64,000 nt of DNA from Eledone cirrhosa (Eukaryota), in contig OZ024748.1 of assembly GCA_964016885.1 (NCBI GenBank), positions 13,640,001 through 13,704,000 on the forward strand, in the 5' to 3' direction. The notes under the pieces are model-generated. The model searched no databases. It was not told the origin of the DNA and worked only from the letters and a program-made list of their open reading frames with translations. Positions 60,317 through 64,000 of this stretch are shown here, piece by piece; position 1 is the stretch's first letter, and each line of letters starts with the position of its first letter. Position numbers and translations under genes: made by a program.

Positions 60317-60322
60317 CAGAGA

Positions 60323-60433
<111 letters not shown>

Positions 60434-61974
60434 TGATAGGTAGATAGATACATAGAGAGATAAGATAGATAGGTAATTGCCGAACATCTTTACTTCCATT
60501 CAGAGTAGAACATTCAGGAGAAAAAACGTTATATTAGGGATCATTTACAGAATATATAATGGCGCACAAAGAAGACGGAATTCCACATTAAAGAAAAACA
60601 AAAACACAAATTGACAATGAATACCTTCCATTTGAAAGCCTTATAATCTCTATCTTCATATGTATGCAGGGCGGAGAGACAGGGTTTCGGTATTCTTCAG
60701 CTTTGTCTTCCATCCTTTCGAAGTCGCCAAATAAAGTAGCAGTTCAGTGCTGAAACCAAATTCTCTTTCTTTCTGCAGGAAATAGCCTGTATCCATGTTT
60801 AAATGCCCAAGACATGAAAACACCAAGAGTTAAAAGCTCGTGAACTGATTTTCTAATAGAGTGAAATATCTTATCCCTTGCTTACAAACAAAAGTTCAAT
60901 CTTACCCTTGAGCATGTAAATTTATTTACGACGACAGTAAATTCTGAATGTCTTCAAGTTAACTCCCCTATTCGTTAACAATCGCCGCTAGGTGTTTGTA
61001 TCTTTCTTCCAGCTTAGAGTGGAATTTCCAATTAATTGAGAATTATTTGCGCATGATAGTCGGTGCATTCCCCTTTAATTTAATTTCCCTAAGCCACCTG
61101 TGGCGAGGCTGTCTCTCACACGTTATTTCAGACCTTTGCTATTTCAAAGCTTTAATGTCCTTTCGCCATGAAACACAATACCGACTTCTTCTTATTATTG
61201 TTCTCAACACATTACACAAAGACGATATTCTTAATTTTATAATTAACTTTCACAACAGTAGCTTCTCTTAGCAGATTATGTGTCTTCCGAACTCTCTCTA
61301 TTTACTCCGTTATAATAGTTTCTTTCATATAATGACTGCCTTAAGGGGTTTGACTATGTATTGCAAATTTAAAGACCTATTGCTCTTTCCTTTGTTCGTT
61401 GTACATCTGTAGCGTGCAGGAACTGGATTAGAAGAATTCTTGAATGGTTGTATTGTAAGTAAGAGAGGCGAATGTCTAACAAACAAGCAAACTGGCTTTT
61501 GCTGTTACGTAATACGTTAATGGAAATTTTGTAAAAGGATGTTGCAACTGTCATGGCGAATAAAGGTACTGCTGGCGATGTCGTCATAGAAGTGAATCAG
61601 GAAGACTGTGAGAATATAAGATGATAAGGAGGCTAAGCAATGAGCGAATAGAGAGATAGAGAGAGTGGGAAAAGAGAGAGAGAGAGTAAGAAGGGAGGAT
61701 ATTAGACGTGGCGAGAATATGGAGAGAGGATTAAAAGGTGGAGATGTTTGTAGGAGGGGTTAGAGTAAGAGGTGAAAATAGAAAGGAGGAAGATTACGAA
61801 TGCTCTGGAATAAATAAAACCTGGAAAATTCCAAGACATATCGTGGAATGAAACAAGGGAAAAATACATCATCATCATCATCATAATCATCATCATCGCC
61901 CCCCCCCTCTCTTGCTCACACAATCCCAAGCACTCTCACTCTATTTCTTTATCTCTTTCATGCTCACACACACA

Positions 61975-62006
<32 letters not shown>

Positions 62007-62613
62007 TTTACTATTTCTTTCTCTTTTCGTCATATATTCTCCCCTCTCCCTTCCTTGCTCAAACAATCTCTCTCGTATTCTGTCTTTCTCACTCACTCAC
62101 TCTTTCTCTCTCACTCTCTCCCCCTTTCGCTCTCTCACGGTCTCCGTCACAGATTCTACCCCCACTATTCCTTGTTCACTCATTTTCTCTCGTATTCTCT
62201 CCCTCTCTTGGTCACAAAATATCCCCTCTCTCTCTCTTGCTCCCAAATTTTCTCTCGTATTCTCTTCCTCTCTCCCTCTCTTGGTCACAAAATATCCCCT
62301 CTCTCTCTTGCTCCCAAATTTTCTCTCTCTCACTCTCTCTCTCTCTTGCTCACAAATCATACACCCCCTCTCTTGCTCGAATGTTATCAATCTCTATCTC
62401 TCGCTCCCACATTCTCCCTCTAATTCTCTCTCTCGTGCTCACACATTCTCACTCCCTCCACTCTCTATACACACATATATGGTCATTGTTTCATTATTGT
62501 CTTAATAATGTTCCTCTCATAATCTAAACTATAATAAAGTAAGGAGTGCGGGACTGCGTCAGAATATATTTTTTACCCCGTTTGTAAAATAAGTTGGATT
62601 ACTTTGAATAAAT

Positions 62614-62936
62614 AATTGTTTCTACTTTTGGCACAAGGCCAGCAAATTAACCAGTACATTACTGGTACTTTATTTTATCGCCCCCGTAAGGATGAAAGGC
62701 AAAGTTAACCTCGGCGGGATTTGAACTCAGAATGGCAAGGGCCGTAACTCTATGCGTCAAAGCATGGCGACCCACCCTCTACCGATACTGCCAATCCACC
62801 GCCCTTTGAATAAATAATTGGTTCTAGTTTTTGGCACAAGGCCAGCAATTATCCCAGTGTATTATTGGTACTTTATTTTATCGACCTCGTAAGGATGAAA
62901 GGCAAAGTCAACCTCGGCGGGATTTGAATAAATAAT
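62614..62936 (-). mobile_element. SINE family 1, full copy plus tandem truncated copy
   Basis: 62614-62803 and 62817-62928; tttgaataaataat occurs at 62603, 62805 and 62923. Confidence 0.85.
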
Positions 62937-63359
62937 GAATGAATATTACATAATTTATGTGCTAAATTTCGTGGCTGTTGATTAAATATATTTTATAGCT
63001 TATATAAAGACCTTTAATATTCACTTCTTTAACATTTTCAAATGTCAAGACTTCCGGTTAGCGGCCGTTATATTATAACACTTATAAAAATATCGCATAT
63101 ATTTCCGTTGTTAATTTTCTCCTAATGCAGTTTATATATAATATCGTCTTTTTTTAAATGTATCATGAATTACGTTACTTATTACAGAAGACAGTGTAAC
63201 ATAGACTTCGTTCAATTTCTGTGTATATTGTCAATTACGATTTTATTTGATGTATCATATCTACATGTATATATATTTGTGTATAATATCAATATACACA
63301 CTACACATGCTAACAGAAACCCACCCGTGGGGTGGTTTTTCTGCTAGTTTCATTCTAAT

Positions 63360-63621
63360 TGTTGTTATCGTTGTTGAGGTAGGGTTTTATATTGTTGGTG
63401 TTGTTGCTGTTGGATGTTTTGGTGGTTGCTGTTATTGCTGTTATTGCTGCTGTGGTTGTTGTTGCTGTTGTTGTTATTGGTGTTGTTGCTGTTGTTGTTG
63501 TCGTTGTTGTTGCAGTTGTTGTTATTGCTGTTGTTGTTGTTGTTGTTGTTGTTGCAGTTGTTGTTATTGCTGTTATTGCTGCTGTGGTTGTTGTTGCTGT
63601 TGTTGTTATTGGTGTTGTTGC

Positions 63622-63653
<32 letters not shown>

Positions 63654-63762
63654 CAGTTGTTGTTATTGCTGTTGGTGCTGTTGTTGCTGTTGTTGTTGTT
63701 GTTGCAGTTGTTGTTATTGCTGTTATTGCTGCTCTGGTTGTTGTTTCTGTTGTTGTTATTGC

Positions 63763-63793
<31 letters not shown>

Positions 63794-63985
63794 GCAGTTG
63801 TTGTTATTGCTGTTGTTGATGCTGTGGTTGTTGTTGCTGTTGTTACTTTTGTGGTTAATGTTTTGGTTGTTGCTGTTGCCGTTGTTGTTATTAAATTTTT
63901 TTATAGTTGAGGACGATTTTGATGTTGTTATCGTAGTTGTTATTGTTGCGTTAGTTGTAATTTTATTATTATTATTATTATTATA
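63360..63985. repeat. (GTT/GCT/ATT)n tract with internal higher-order repeats
   Basis: Direct reading. Confidence 0.95.
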
Positions 63986-64000
63986 GAACTGTTTTAGAAT

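Overview
Very AT-rich, microsatellite-saturated animal intergenic/intronic DNA. The SINE types and (TA)n/(CA)n/(GA)n/(TATG)n density suggest a cephalopod (Octopus-like); this is an inference. No intact protein-coding gene can be supported, and almost all ORF-track entries are microsatellite translations. Recognisable content: many copies of two tRNA-derived SINE families, an RTE-derived non-autonomous element ending in (ATGT)n, decayed RTE LINE fragments (APE and RT motifs), a Tc1/mariner MITE, and a 9-copy ~94-bp satellite built from a SINE-SINE junction. The main unexplained structure is a set of at least seven sequence-unrelated short non-coding elements, mostly embedded in (TA)n tracts, that carry type I hammerhead ribozyme (HHR) motifs. 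Many are head-to-head palindromes with the inversion point at or inside the ribozyme (Penelope-like pLTR/retrozyme-type elements). A possible HDV-like ribozyme marks the 5' end of an RTE-derived element. All folds were derived by eye and are untested.
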